Shown here: piece after piece, positions 51,998-61,720 of the stretch
Layout: the number at the start of each line of letters is the position of its first letter
How positions within the stretch are numbered: position 1 is the first letter of the stretch
IMG/VR virus record: IMGVR_UViG_3300017565_000017
Location: 128,779-192,778 of that record
Reading direction: 5' to 3' (one strand)
Source of the DNA: a virus
Taxonomy: Duplodnaviria; Heunggongvirae; Uroviricota; Caudoviricetes
Length of the DNA stretch: 64,000 bases
The notes under the pieces: generated by a model
The model's input: only the letters and a program-made list of their open reading frames with translations
What the model was told of the DNA's origin: nothing
Database searches by the model: none
Made by a program: the position numbers and the translations under genes

Positions 51998-54169
51998 CTA
52001 TCGCAGTCCAGGCCAAATGTTCACTCCAGAGCGGCTAACAAACATAGCCGGAGCCGCAGAGGTAGTGCGCTTCATTTTCACTTCCCACTCGTCCAAAAGC
52101 TCGCGAATTCGTGGCAAGTGGATAAGAGAAGCCCCCAGGACCCATGCCCGGAAGATATCGTCCGTGAAACCATCGCCCTTTTCCGGAGGACGGCGGACGT
52201 GCGTATCCCTGACCGTAATCATCTGAGCAGCCAAGTGGGCTACAGGACGATTAAGGAAGAATTTGCGATACGACTCAAAAGACAGTTCCATAAGCTCTTC
52301 GAGAGGAATTTCAGTAAATGGCAGTCGGGCATTGCCCTCCTGCAAAAGAGCTTTAGCGGAGTCGAAGTGGCGGCGCATCGGTGTAAAGGTCTTAGCCGTA
52401 ACTCCGGGGATATCCGCGCTGATGCGATACAGCAGATCCAGAGAGTTCCAACGGTCGGCGATAACTACAGCAGCGTTAGTGTCCTTAGCCACCGGCAGGA
52501 TCACGTTGTTGTACATGTCGTTGAAGTTAATCTTCAGGCCGGAGCTTGGGATCACTTCCAGGACAGTTGACGTGACTGTCTGCCCAGTCTTCTTATCGAA
52601 GTGCTGACTGCACAGTGTAAACGAGTTGTTCACGTGACCGGCGTCAATCGTTAGGATGCTGGCGTGGTAGCATTCGCGGACTTTGCGAACACGGGCGCTG
52701 ATCTCTTCACCGGAGAATTCATACTCCAATGTGTGGGTATTGCGCGTCGGCCCAAACACGTCCTCACGCAACAGGTTGCGGTGAATATACGCTGATTGCA
52801 GGCGTGGCGGGTTAGCGCCAACGTCGCGCTCTGCGTCCTCAGGGTTCTTGGCGTAGGCTGCAACGATTTCAGGACTGTCTCGGTTGAAGTCGGGATGAAC
52901 GTCCCAGGTAGCCAGTTGGATGCCCAGCATTGTGTTGCACGTAGGCTCTACCTTAGACATGCCGAGCAGACGCATAACCATGTCACGCGGGCTAATAGGT
53001 GAGGATACCCCCAGCATGATGCCCGTCGGCATATGGTACATACCGCCCTCAAACAGCTTTGCCGCAGCCTTACGAATCGTCATCAGACTGGTGTTAACCG
53101 ACTGGTGTGCCTGATCGGCGTTAGCCATCTTCTTGTCGTTGGTGATCGTAAGACCCCCGTCGAAATCGAGCTCATTAACACTCACGTTAGGCAACGGGAA
53201 CAGACCCAATTCGTCGAAGCTGGCCCCGATACGAGTGGCACCCCGCAGCTTTTCCCAGCCTGGGTGAGTTGGAACTAAGTGAATGTTTTTGTGATAGAAC
53301 TTGATGAATTCCAGCTTACGGTTGTACAGTTCAACACCATACTTCTTACCGTAAAAGTCTAGAAGAGCAAAGAGGTCGTTGTACCACGCACTATCCTTGA
53401 TAATCGAGACAAAGGGTTCCCAGAGCAGGTTAATAGCTTTACCCAGGTCCAAGCTGATAAACGAGTACGTGAGGGGCGTACTGTTCTGCATGGTGTCGAT
53501 AAGAGTACCGAGCTTAGGCAGCTTCAGGAAGCGGTGAATATGGTACGCCGTCATCATCGAGGCAGATGTAGACTTACCACTCCGCTGACCCCACACCAGG
53601 ACCAGCTCGTTGTAAATCTTCATTTCTCCGCTCTTGGCAAATTCCAGCTTCGTGGCCTTGCATCTGGGACAGATACCGTATTCAAGTAACTGAAGCTCAC
53701 TAACCATCTTCTCGGTAGGCATTCCCTTGGGTACATTCATGATGTCCTTCAGGAACTTCTTATTCGAGCAACGGGGACACACCTCGCCAAACAGAACCAA
53801 GGCAGTCCACATCTGGCGAGCCCACGGCATAACCGGATCATCTAGTCGCAAAATATTCTGGCAAAAGTCAAAATAGTTTTTGGCTAGAGGAAGGTCCCGA
53901 TCATCGATCTTTAGATCGCGCATAAGGCCAGTGAGAGGATCTTTGGCAGACTGCATGGCAGCAGCAATGTCAAAGTCCTCTTCATCGTCACTGGTCCAAA
54001 TGCGCTTGCTTGCGGGGGTCCAAACTTTACCAGGCTCGTCAGACGTCGTCTTCGAGCTCAGTCCTTCTACTTCCTGTTCGGGATCGGGTTCGTCTTCGGC
54101 TTCCAGACGGCTGATTCCCATTAGTTCTGGGAAGAACAGGTTTGCTTTTCTTCGTAGGTCGTCGTTCAT
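51998..54169 (-). CDS. terL: terminase large subunit
   Basis: Walker A WGQRSGKST, Walker B ASFDELG, RNase H-like TIDAG...DDIFRA. Confidence 0.8.
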   Translation of the reverse strand: MNDDLRRKANLFFPELMGISRLEAEDEPDPEQEVEGLSSKTTSDEPGKVWTPASKRIWTSDDEEDFDIAAAMQSAKDPLTGLMRDLKIDDRDLPLAKNYFDFCQNILRLDDPVMPWARQMWTALVLFGEVCPRCSNKKFLKDIMNVPKGMPTEKMVSELQLLEYGICPRCKATKLEFAKSGEMKIYNELVLVWGQRSGKSTSASMMTAYHIHRFLKLPKLGTLIDTMQNSTPLTYSFISLDLGKAINLLWEPFVSIIKDSAWYNDLFALLDFYGKKYGVELYNRKLEFIKFYHKNIHLVPTHPGWEKLRGATRIGASFDELGLFPLPNVSVNELDFDGGLTITNDKKMANADQAHQSVNTSLMTIRKAAAKLFEGGMYHMPTGIMLGVSSPISPRDMVMRLLGMSKVEPTCNTMLGIQLATWDVHPDFNRDSPEIVAAYAKNPEDAERDVGANPPRLQSAYIHRNLLREDVFGPTRNTHTLEYEFSGEEISARVRKVRECYHASILTIDAGHVNNSFTLCSQHFDKKTGQTVTSTVLEVIPSSGLKINFNDMYNNVILPVAKDTNAAVVIADRWNSLDLLYRISADIPGVTAKTFTPMRRHFDSAKALLQEGNARLPFTEIPLEELMELSFESYRKFFLNRPVAHLAAQMITVRDTHVRRPPEKGDGFTDDIFRAWVLGASLIHLPRIRELLDEWEVKMKRTTSAAPAMFVSRSGVNIWPGLR

Positions 54170-54815
54170 CTTGCGACTCCATTTCGGGTAATGGGCTCCC
54201 TAGAGGTGGTCGTTCAATGACTAATTTCTTGGTATAGTCTACTTGGGCGAGCATCGCTTGTACTTCTTCCACTGGGAGATCAAAAAGTTCTGCAACGAAT
54301 TTGCATAGTCTTAAATTAGTCGCTTTGATCAAGAGCTGATGAAAAAAGTGCTCAGTTACCCCGTCTACTTTACCTCCCACAACCCGCTCAACAACTAATC
54401 GCGCTTGGTCGATACCTGTCAACGAGGCCATGGCTTTGGGCGCTAACTCGGTAAGCATAAACTCCCGAGTTCGTACCATTATGTCTTCCATCTGTGCAGG
54501 CAACTCTACCGAGTAGGCATCAGCCCGGTCATCAACTTGCCTCGATGATCGGGGTAATTCCGGTGCAGCAGTGAGCTCCTCCCGACGTAGGTCTTCATCC
54601 GAGGGTCCCTGTAACGTGAATATAAATCGGGACCGATGCGGGTTTAAAGACCGGCGCTTACCAAAACGCCGGGAAGGGTCTCTATATGAAGTAGCAATGG
54701 AAGACAACTCAGATACAATGCTGTCCATGTCGGCTTTGGCATCGCGGGGCGTTTCCCGCTTAACCGGAACCACTTCGACCACAGCATCGGCCGGTTTAAT
54801 CCGCTTCACCCTCAT
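54039..54815 (-). CDS. hypothetical protein upstream of terL (possible small terminase)
   Basis: Position; overlaps terL 5' end; start uncertain. Confidence 0.45.
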   Translation of the reverse strand: MRVKRIKPADAVVEVVPVKRETPRDAKADMDSIVSELSSIATSYRDPSRRFGKRRSLNPHRSRFIFTLQGPSDEDLRREELTAAPELPRSSRQVDDRADAYSVELPAQMEDIMVRTREFMLTELAPKAMASLTGIDQARLVVERVVGGKVDGVTEHFFHQLLIKATNLRLCKFVAELFDLPVEEVQAMLAQVDYTKKLVIERPPLGSPLPEMESQDERRPTKKSKPVLPRTNGNQPSGSRRRTRSRTGSRRTELEDDV

Positions 54816-56283
54816 CGTCATCATCCTTACCCTTAGAGTTCTTGTACGCAACATACAAGCGCTCCGCTACACCCTCTTCCATCTGGTGGAAGCAGAACTT
54901 GCGGATATCTATGGGCTTGTAACCGAGCTTGGCACACACTTCCGCCTTCTCTTCCTTGGTCCCGATAACCCAGCGCTTAAAGTCGATCCACGTAATGGTC
55001 TTAGCGCCAGCACCCAGACCCTCCAGGTTGAAGTTAATGGCGTTACGCTTACTGCCCTTAGCTTGGCCCGTGTAGAAGAGATACCAGTAAGTGTCGTACA
55101 CGGGGTCTAAGCCCTGGGCCTCGCCGTTGGCGTCTTCCACCCAAATACGAATCCAGGCTACGCGCTTAGGGGTCCACAGCTTATTCTTGTCTGCCTTAAC
55201 CGCAATATACCGATACGTATCCTGGCCTTCGTACTGCACGCTGGCCTCGACTTCCGTGCTCTTGTCATCCGGATTTTCCTTGGGCTTGGGCGACGTAGGT
55301 ACGCCACTAATAGCTCGCGAGGTGTGCCGGATACGCACGTCAGAGAAGAACTTCAGGGCTTGGCCGCCCGGTTCCGATTCGGGCGGGCCATGGCGTGCCA
55401 TAGGATTGGAGCGGAGCTGGTTAACCCCGATAACGGCTACCATTTTGGAGGCTAGACGGCCCTTAACCCGAGGAATGTGCTTGGCAAACATGCGGGCCTG
55501 CAATGCCAGCGAGTTGTTAGCGTCATCATCGTCGTTAGCCTCAGGGTTCATACCTGGGTAGGAGTCAGTGATAATAAGCGCTTGCAGCTTGCCGTCCGGA
55601 GCCTTAACGTATATGCCGGGACCGTGCTTCTTAGCCATAGTTGGGACCGAGCGATCTCCGTACTTAGCCTTGTTTTGCTTGGTGTCCTCGAATACCAACC
55701 ACCAATCCTTACCGATTTTCTTCTTATCTGGCAGCGTCTTAAGCAGGTCGTGTAGGCGGTCGAAGAAAGCCTCACCCCGGGTTTCTGGAATGTAACCAAC
55801 AATCGGGCGAATCAGCCATTTGCCGGTATCAGGGTCTTTAACCCCGAACACTTCCTGTACTGACTTCTTGATGCCAGCACTACGGAAAATATTCTGCACG
55901 TAAGGAATCGAATTGCGGGTACTGCCCTCAAAGTCTTCCAGGCGCGAATACGGAATGGCAGCCTTAATAGCTGCGGCCAGAATTGTCAGGGTAGTGGTCG
56001 TCTTAGCAGACTGTTCCCCACCAAAGTTGGTGTACCACGCGGGGCGAATACCGCCGCCCATGACCATGTCTAGGGCCAACATACCTGTAGACATAGGCTC
56101 CATATCGGAGGCAAGACCATCGTCCATGCCTTGGCGCTTCCAGACATCATCTAGAATATCGCCGTAAATCGAGCTCACGTCATAAATGGCGTCATCAGAC
56201 ACCTCATCTTTAACAACCCGGCGCTTCTTGCGGGGCGTGATTTCCGTATCAACTGTTTCACCAACAGCAATCTTCTTTGGCAT
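54796..56283 (-). CDS. recA: RecA/UvsX-like recombinase
   Basis: STG-x-x-ALD-x-x-MGGG, GGEQSAKTT, ITDS, LQARM, NQLR, PGGQALKFFSDVRI. Confidence 0.88.
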   Translation of the reverse strand: MPKKIAVGETVDTEITPRKKRRVVKDEVSDDAIYDVSSIYGDILDDVWKRQGMDDGLASDMEPMSTGMLALDMVMGGGIRPAWYTNFGGEQSAKTTTTLTILAAAIKAAIPYSRLEDFEGSTRNSIPYVQNIFRSAGIKKSVQEVFGVKDPDTGKWLIRPIVGYIPETRGEAFFDRLHDLLKTLPDKKKIGKDWWLVFEDTKQNKAKYGDRSVPTMAKKHGPGIYVKAPDGKLQALIITDSYPGMNPEANDDDDANNSLALQARMFAKHIPRVKGRLASKMVAVIGVNQLRSNPMARHGPPESEPGGQALKFFSDVRIRHTSRAISGVPTSPKPKENPDDKSTEVEASVQYEGQDTYRYIAVKADKNKLWTPKRVAWIRIWVEDANGEAQGLDPVYDTYWYLFYTGQAKGSKRNAINFNLEGLGAGAKTITWIDFKRWVIGTKEEKAEVCAKLGYKPIDIRKFCFHQMEEGVAERLYVAYKNSKGKDDDDEGEAD

Positions 56284-56305
56284 TCGATGTTCCATAAATA
56301 GGAAA

Positions 56306-56335
56306 GGGGTCTACGCCGAACCTGACGTAGACCCC
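56306..56335 (-). terminator. intrinsic terminator after SSB
   Basis: 10-bp stem GGGGTCTACG/CGTAGACCCC then TTTCCTATTT. Confidence 0.7.
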
Positions 56336-56365
56336 AGAACTAGGTTAGCAGAGCCTACCTATGTA

Positions 56366-57997
56366 TTAACGCTTTGGCTTCTTAACCGGCTTCTTGGCAG
56401 GCTTCACTTCCTCTTCGTCCTCATCCTCGTCGTCTTCGATGTCGTCATCTTCATCTTCGTCAACGGGCTTCTTGACAGGCTTTTTAGCCGGAGCTTTCGA
56501 GGGCTTCTTAGCAGGCTTTACGTCCTCCTCTTCATCCTCGTCGTCTTCCTCATCTTCGTCTTCGTCTTCGTCTTCGTCTTCATCGACGGGCTTTTTCACC
56601 GGCTTTTTGGCAGGCTTCTTCGAAGGCTTGACTTCTTCCTCTTCTTCATCGTCGAGGTCGTCATCTTCGTCTTCGTCGTCCTCATCTTCATCGACAGGCT
56701 TCTTGACGGGTTTCTTAGCAGGCTTGGCCGGTTTCTTGGCGGGCTTTACCTCTTCTTCCTCGTCTTCGTCTTCGTCGTCGAGGTCGTCATCTTCGTCTTC
56801 GTCTTCGTCGACGGGTTTCTTGGCAGGCTTCTTTACCGGCTTCTTGGCGGGGGCTTCATCCTCATCTTCGTCGTCGAGGTCATCCTCCTCTTCCTCGTCG
56901 TCTTCCTCGTCTTCATCTTCGTCGACAGGCTTTTTCACCGGCTTCTTGCTAGGCTTCTTGACGGGCTTTTCGTCTTCGTCCTCATCATCGAGATCGTCGT
57001 CTTCATCATCGTCCTCATCCTCATCAACCACCTTAGCAGGCTTCTTGCTGGGCTTGGCAGGTTTCTTCTTAGGGGCCGGGGCTTCGTCCTCGTCGTCCTC
57101 TTCATCATCGAGGTCTTCGTCAACAATCTTGGCCTTCTTCTTTTTAACTTCCTCGTCCTTGGCCTTCGACTTCTTAATACCCTTGATGCTCATGTTTCCA
57201 ATCTCCACATCATTGCGTTTGGCCCACGATTCGAAATCGCGGATAAGTTCATCTTCGTCCATCGGCTCATCGATGAGCAGCTCCAGGTTCTGGAGCAAAA
57301 AGCCGCGCTCTTCTTCGGTCAGCGGAGTACGGTCACCCTTCTGCACGTCGTACATATTGGCCGGGGTGGAGGCGTCCGGATCAAACTTGATCATCAGATC
57401 GCAACCGTACTTCTCATCCGACATGTGGTAGGACTTGGTCTCACCAGACTTCTTGTTGAAGTGCGTGTTGGTCCCGCGTAGACCCTGGATACGCTCGACT
57501 AGCGTCTTGGTCATGCGAACAGCATAAACCGGAGTCCAGCTATCGCTATCCTTGTCCTTAAAGCCGGTTTCGCGCTCAGCTTTGGTGTGCTGAGGTTGGT
57601 TGGCTGGAGCGTTATCTTGCTCCGAACGGATGATAGCACCAATCCAAAAAGTCTTCTGGAAGCTGATGACCTTCTTGGAATTAGCCTTGTCTTCGGAGTA
57701 CTCGTTCAGCTCAGCAGCCGCGTCACGCCACGGGTCAACCTTGTTGTCATCGCGATCATGCGTGTCGTAGTCGTAGGAGTTGCACGGGGCGAAGAAACGA
57801 CCTTCCGTCTTGTCCTTCTTCTTGGTCGTGACCCAATAGCCAGCGGTCGTAACCATACCCGTCAGCAGGCGCAGGCGCACCCACTTATTCTTGGGAAACT
57901 TGTAGACGGCGACGCGCTCGTCCGGCTTGCTGCGCTTTTCCTTGTTGCCGGTGGGAATATCACCCAGATCGGACCATTTCGACTTCTTGTCTGCCAT
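56366..57997 (-). CDS. gp32-like single-stranded DNA-binding protein with long charge-block tail
   Basis: N-terminal ~270 aa fits gp32-type pattern (VRLRLL, DPW, GCDLMIK, MYDV); adjacent to recA. Confidence 0.65.
   Translation of the reverse strand: MADKKSKWSDLGDIPTGNKEKRSKPDERVAVYKFPKNKWVRLRLLTGMVTTAGYWVTTKKKDKTEGRFFAPCNSYDYDTHDRDDNKVDPWRDAAAELNEYSEDKANSKKVISFQKTFWIGAIIRSEQDNAPANQPQHTKAERETGFKDKDSDSWTPVYAVRMTKTLVERIQGLRGTNTHFNKKSGETKSYHMSDEKYGCDLMIKFDPDASTPANMYDVQKGDRTPLTEEERGFLLQNLELLIDEPMDEDELIRDFESWAKRNDVEIGNMSIKGIKKSKAKDEEVKKKKAKIVDEDLDDEEDDEDEAPAPKKKPAKPSKKPAKVVDEDEDDDEDDDLDDEDEDEKPVKKPSKKPVKKPVDEDEDEEDDEEEEDDLDDEDEDEAPAKKPVKKPAKKPVDEDEDEDDDLDDEDEDEEEEVKPAKKPAKPAKKPVKKPVDEDEDDEDEDDDLDDEEEEEVKPSKKPAKKPVKKPVDEDEDEDEDEDEEDDEDEEEDVKPAKKPSKAPAKKPVKKPVDEDEDDDIEDDEDEDEEEVKPAKKPVKKPKR
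56369..57170 (-). repeat. 7 alternating KP(A/V/S)K and poly-D/E blocks in the SSB C-terminus
   Basis: Unit approx. KPAKKPVKKPV-DEDEDE..DDLDDEDEE. Confidence 0.9.
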
Positions 57998-58085
57998 TTC
58001 GGCTCCTAGTAAAATCCATAGGACAGGCGGCTATACAACATTCCGCCCTTGTGCATTTATTAACGGTTCCGCTTGGGGCGGAACA

Positions 58086-58982
58086 TTAGGCCGGTGCCTG
58101 AGCACCATCCTTGGTGTACATATCCTGGATCACCTGATACATTGAATCTGCAGTCACAGTGATTTCAGGGGCGGACGCCAGGGAACGGGCGATTTCCATG
58201 ACGTGGGCATTATCCTCACGGCCGTCAGACCAAATCTTACGATACGGGGGCTTGCCTTCTTGGTCACCCTTATAGTTGTTGTCCTTGCGGAAACGATTCA
58301 GGGCGTTCTTGGCGTGGTACAAGGTAAACAGGGTTTCCGGGGTTACGCCATACACCGCACACATGGCCCAAAAATGGGGCATAGAGGCGCGTGGGCCGTC
58401 TAGTAGGAGTTTACCTAGCCAGCGGTTAGCGGCCTTAACAGGCGACCATTTAGGGGCCGCGCCGGTAAGTTCCGGCGGCATAAGAAAGCCGTCGGTAATG
58501 AACTCGGTGACTGGCTCGATAAGCATCTTCTGGGAAATCTTATCGTTCTGGGTAAGTACCGACGGGTCGTAGATATAGGGTTCCAGCAACGACACCCGGG
58601 CATAGTGGGCTTGCAGCAGACCCTGAATCAGGAAGTGGAAAATATCCACAATTTCCATAACGCAGTTTTCGTGATCAATGGGCTGCACACCCTTCGTCCA
58701 CCAGGACTTGTACCCTGCGCTTTCCATCAGCTCACCGGCTTCCACACGCATAGCGGAATCCGTGTCAACGCGGGCCGTGTTCTCCAGCCAATCTGCGCCA
58801 GCCAACTTGAAACTCAAGTCGTACTGCAAGCGCACGATATCGGAAATGCGCTTTCGGTTCTCGGGACTTTCTTCAGAAAGCCCTAGTACGTAATCCCGGC
58901 GCTTGATTAGGATAGCCGAGATGCGGCTAGAAATTGCTTGGCTGTTCTGTTTCAGCTCATCTGCACGTGAATTTTCGGTCAT
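58086..58982 (-). CDS. dimeric all-alpha dUTPase (dUTPase_2 family)
   Basis: VEAGEL...YKSWW...EIVDIFHF...Y-x-x-KN-x-LN-x-FR-x-x-x-x-YK...DGREDN. Confidence 0.85.
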   Translation of the reverse strand: MTENSRADELKQNSQAISSRISAILIKRRDYVLGLSEESPENRKRISDIVRLQYDLSFKLAGADWLENTARVDTDSAMRVEAGELMESAGYKSWWTKGVQPIDHENCVMEIVDIFHFLIQGLLQAHYARVSLLEPYIYDPSVLTQNDKISQKMLIEPVTEFITDGFLMPPELTGAAPKWSPVKAANRWLGKLLLDGPRASMPHFWAMCAVYGVTPETLFTLYHAKNALNRFRKDNNYKGDQEGKPPYRKIWSDGREDNAHVMEIARSLASAPEITVTADSMYQVIQDMYTKDGAQAPA

Positions 58983-59950
58983 TGTTCGAATGCGAAAGAT
59001 AAAAGTGTTTGACGGTCGTGTTGGGTAACGTACTGAGGTATACCGAGCACGGTTCTTACGACGCCTTCTGGATCATGTACCTGAGCTCGGTAGGCAAGGG
59101 CTTGGGAGTCTTCGGCGCTAGTATCCGGAGCCACACAGCCGATGTCCATACTATCGCCGAGCTTTTCGTACAACTCCTCTAGGGAATCGTCCTTCTGGCC
59201 AGAAGCTAACTCTGACACCTGAGAGCGCGCACCTTTTAGCCAGTTCTGGATAAAGGTAGTTAGCACCCCTCGTCTGGCGTCACATCGATCTACCGCCTTA
59301 GCAGCTACCATAAGGTAAATCTGAGTTACGTCGTCCAGATCAACATAGTGATTAAAGTCCACGTATGTCTTCTGAGCTTGGCCCAAGGCCATACGTGTGT
59401 ACTTTTCCAGAATAACGTTCTTCCAGGCACGTGCGCGCTTGTCCCAATACTCTACCTGACGAATTGCTTGGTAAAGGGTGTTTGAATCGCGAGCCCCCAA
59501 GGCAATCTCTAGAGCTTGGCACATAGAGCGCTGCTCGTATTTGGGGATATCGCTAAACGCGGAGTGCAGCCGTTCATAGGGTTCGGCTATCTTTAGAAAA
59601 GTGCTGATCATGCCAAAGAGCAGGCCACGATTGATATATAGCTTGCGAGCCTTTGCTAGTGCCGCTACCGGATCTATCTTGGACTCGACAAGCATTTGCA
59701 TCAAAATCGTTGGAAGTACTCCCTTTTCACCTGACGTGTATTTACTGTTAGGATACACGGACTGGTAAGCCACGCACTTGGACATAAACGTGTAGAAGAA
59801 GGAAGGGCATTCCAGAGCTATAGGCTCCAGAGCTTTCCACAGGAGCATGTCCAGCGTATTCAGGTATTGGGCGCTAGTGAGATTACCAGCAACCTGTTCC
59901 TTAGTGCGCTTCAGACTGTTAAACGTCAGTGAATGGGAGTATGTCTTCAT
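58979..59950 (-). CDS. divergent sigma70-family factor (region 2 recognisable)
   Basis: DLDDVTQIYLMVAAKAVDRCDARRGVLTTFIQNWLK aligns with RpoD region 2.2-2.4 pattern. Confidence 0.7.
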   Translation of the reverse strand: MKTYSHSLTFNSLKRTKEQVAGNLTSAQYLNTLDMLLWKALEPIALECPSFFYTFMSKCVAYQSVYPNSKYTSGEKGVLPTILMQMLVESKIDPVAALAKARKLYINRGLLFGMISTFLKIAEPYERLHSAFSDIPKYEQRSMCQALEIALGARDSNTLYQAIRQVEYWDKRARAWKNVILEKYTRMALGQAQKTYVDFNHYVDLDDVTQIYLMVAAKAVDRCDARRGVLTTFIQNWLKGARSQVSELASGQKDDSLEELYEKLGDSMDIGCVAPDTSAEDSQALAYRAQVHDPEGVVRTVLGIPQYVTQHDRQTLLSFAFEQ

Positions 59951-60378
59951 ATGCGGACCACTTGAGCCAATCTAGGTTGGATCGTCTGGTAAAGTTTCAC
60001 AAGGTGCTTGCAGGCGCTAGGCACCATCTGGGGATTGTTGATGACTGGAGGCTGACCGTTCGAGTATTCGATCTCAGCCGCATCCTTGCGTTCCAGTGCT
60101 ACTTCCCAGCGGAACTTGAAGTCACCGCAGGAGCAAGAACACTGAACATGGCCCCGTTTATTTAAGAGAACGATAACAGTCAAATACACGGGTTTTCCGG
60201 TAATCCGAATAATATTCCCGTTAGGCAAACGTTCTCTTACACTTTGTGTCTTAGCCGCGAAGAATACATCACCGCTATCCAGATAACCGGCCTTCTGCTG
60301 TAGGATCTTAACGAGACCCGCATCGGTAATACGCTGAGCCGGAGTGCGGCTCAGGATTAGTGGCATGGTAAGCATCAT
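59947..60378 (-). CDS. SWIM zinc-finger protein
   Basis: CSCSCGDF...CKHL. Confidence 0.75.
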   Translation of the reverse strand: MMLTMPLILSRTPAQRITDAGLVKILQQKAGYLDSGDVFFAAKTQSVRERLPNGNIIRITGKPVYLTVIVLLNKRGHVQCSCSCGDFKFRWEVALERKDAAEIEYSNGQPPVINNPQMVPSACKHLVKLYQTIQPRLAQVVRI

Positions 60379-60399
60379 TTACTCCTTCAAAGAATAAAA

Positions 60400-60855
60400 C
60401 TAAATGAGGTACTTAGCCACCTTCGTCTGATAGCAGGTAACGCCTAGGGAGCGCCACATATCGACAATGTCCTGCCGATCCTCAAATACCAGGAGCACAT
60501 CGTCCACCCGGCAACCATTCTCTTCCAACGTAATGAGCTTGGAGGGGCCACCGTCATCAGGAGTACGCTTACGGTCCCGATCACGCATCCAAAGTGGAAC
60601 TCCTTGGAACCCTAGACTGTCGAGCTGGGCCTGAGTATAGTGCCGATTACGCTCACTGCGGTCTGTTAGGAAAACACACTTGAGGCTAGGATCAGCACAC
60701 AAAGCACGGTACACAGAAAGACCGGCAGGGATAGGCGTATCTTCAACATGCGCCGCATGATAAGCAATCCAGTCTTGTCGTTGAAAGGCGTTAAAGCGAC
60801 CCGGGCCCGGTTCCAACAGACACCCGTCAATATCGAACAAGATTAGGTTTTTCAT
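60400..60855 (-). CDS. HAD phosphatase (PNKP-phosphatase-like)
   Basis: FDIDG, LTDR, K, FEDR..VDMWR-x-LGVTCYQ. Confidence 0.85.
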   Translation of the reverse strand: MKNLILFDIDGCLLEPGPGRFNAFQRQDWIAYHAAHVEDTPIPAGLSVYRALCADPSLKCVFLTDRSERNRHYTQAQLDSLGFQGVPLWMRDRDRKRTPDDGGPSKLITLEENGCRVDDVLLVFEDRQDIVDMWRSLGVTCYQTKVAKYLI

Positions 60856-61253
60856 TGGATATCGTCGTCTTCGTAGAGTTTCGTGCCGTTGACTACGGTG
60901 TAGCCCACTGAGCCTTTAACGGGACCAGATTCTTCAGGATCAAAGTCTTCTTCCTCGTCCTCATCATCGTCGTCGCCAATGTCACCCAGAAGCTCCGATG
61001 CTGCCTCGTGGATGTCCGCCATTGACACACCGACTACGTAGCCTTCACTATCCTGAGCGCCTTCCGATAGCATGTGTAGGGATGCCACAGAACCGGCGGC
61101 AAACACCTGCAGGAGCAGTCCCTTGATTTCTTCCGGGAATTCTGCACCCTGCGCCTGCATATTAACATAGAGTTCCATGAACGCAGTGACCAGGATATTG
61201 TCCGGGCCGACATCTTCGCTATCTTCTTGCAGGTCTTTCTGATCAGGATTCAT
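60852..61253 (-). CDS. acidic hypothetical protein
   Basis: Coupled ORF. Confidence 0.65.
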   Translation of the reverse strand: MNPDQKDLQEDSEDVGPDNILVTAFMELYVNMQAQGAEFPEEIKGLLLQVFAAGSVASLHMLSEGAQDSEGYVVGVSMADIHEAASELLGDIGDDDDEDEEEDFDPEESGPVKGSVGYTVVNGTKLYEDDDIQ

Positions 61254-61720
61254 TAAAAATCACCATAGTCGGTTTGGTAGCACTTGACACCACGATCACG
61301 CCAGCCTTTGACAACAATGTCACGATCATCGAAGGCCAGGAACACTTCGCTCAGCTTATAGCCCGCTTCTTGTAGCAAGAACGGCTTAATGTCGTACTCA
61401 GATACGTTCAGGGTGCGGCCCGTCTCGTAGTTGTTTTGCCGCATAAGCAGTCGAGCACGGTTCATTAACTGAGGGCCGAAAATACGCGTCAGTTGAGTAG
61501 TGGTGTTGGGGCGGTCTTCCTCGGAACGCGAAGTAATGAACAGGCACGTATAGGCCGGACTCATGAGGAAGGCCGAGTAGATAGCCACCCCTTGCGGGAT
61601 GGGCTTATCGGTTTCCCACATCTTGAGGTAGGTTTCATAATCACCCGCCACAAGATGTGGAAGACGCTCGCTGGGATCCACACAGCAACCGTCAATGTCA
61701 AATACGACTATTTGCCGCAT
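61253..61720 (-). CDS. HAD phosphatase (PNKP-phosphatase-like), paralog
   Basis: FDIDG, ITSR, IK, FDDRDIVV-x-x-WR-x-x-GVKCYQ-x-x-x-GDF. Confidence 0.85.
   Translation of the reverse strand: MRQIVVFDIDGCCVDPSERLPHLVAGDYETYLKMWETDKPIPQGVAIYSAFLMSPAYTCLFITSRSEEDRPNTTTQLTRIFGPQLMNRARLLMRQNNYETGRTLNVSEYDIKPFLLQEAGYKLSEVFLAFDDRDIVVKGWRDRGVKCYQTDYGDF

Noticed and set aside
51998-56283. Inteins in TerL or RecA
   Set aside because: Extra length present but no block A/B/F/G pattern or terminal HN/N-C/S/T junction seen
56369-57170. Periodic repeats resembling a CRISPR array
   Set aside because: Units are degenerate, in-frame protein repeats with no constant repeat or unique spacers
56186-57481. Plus-strand poly-Ser and Phe/Val/Leu-rich ORFs (also 36746-37419, 37044-37394)
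   Set aside because: Reverse-complement artefacts of Asp/Glu codon runs
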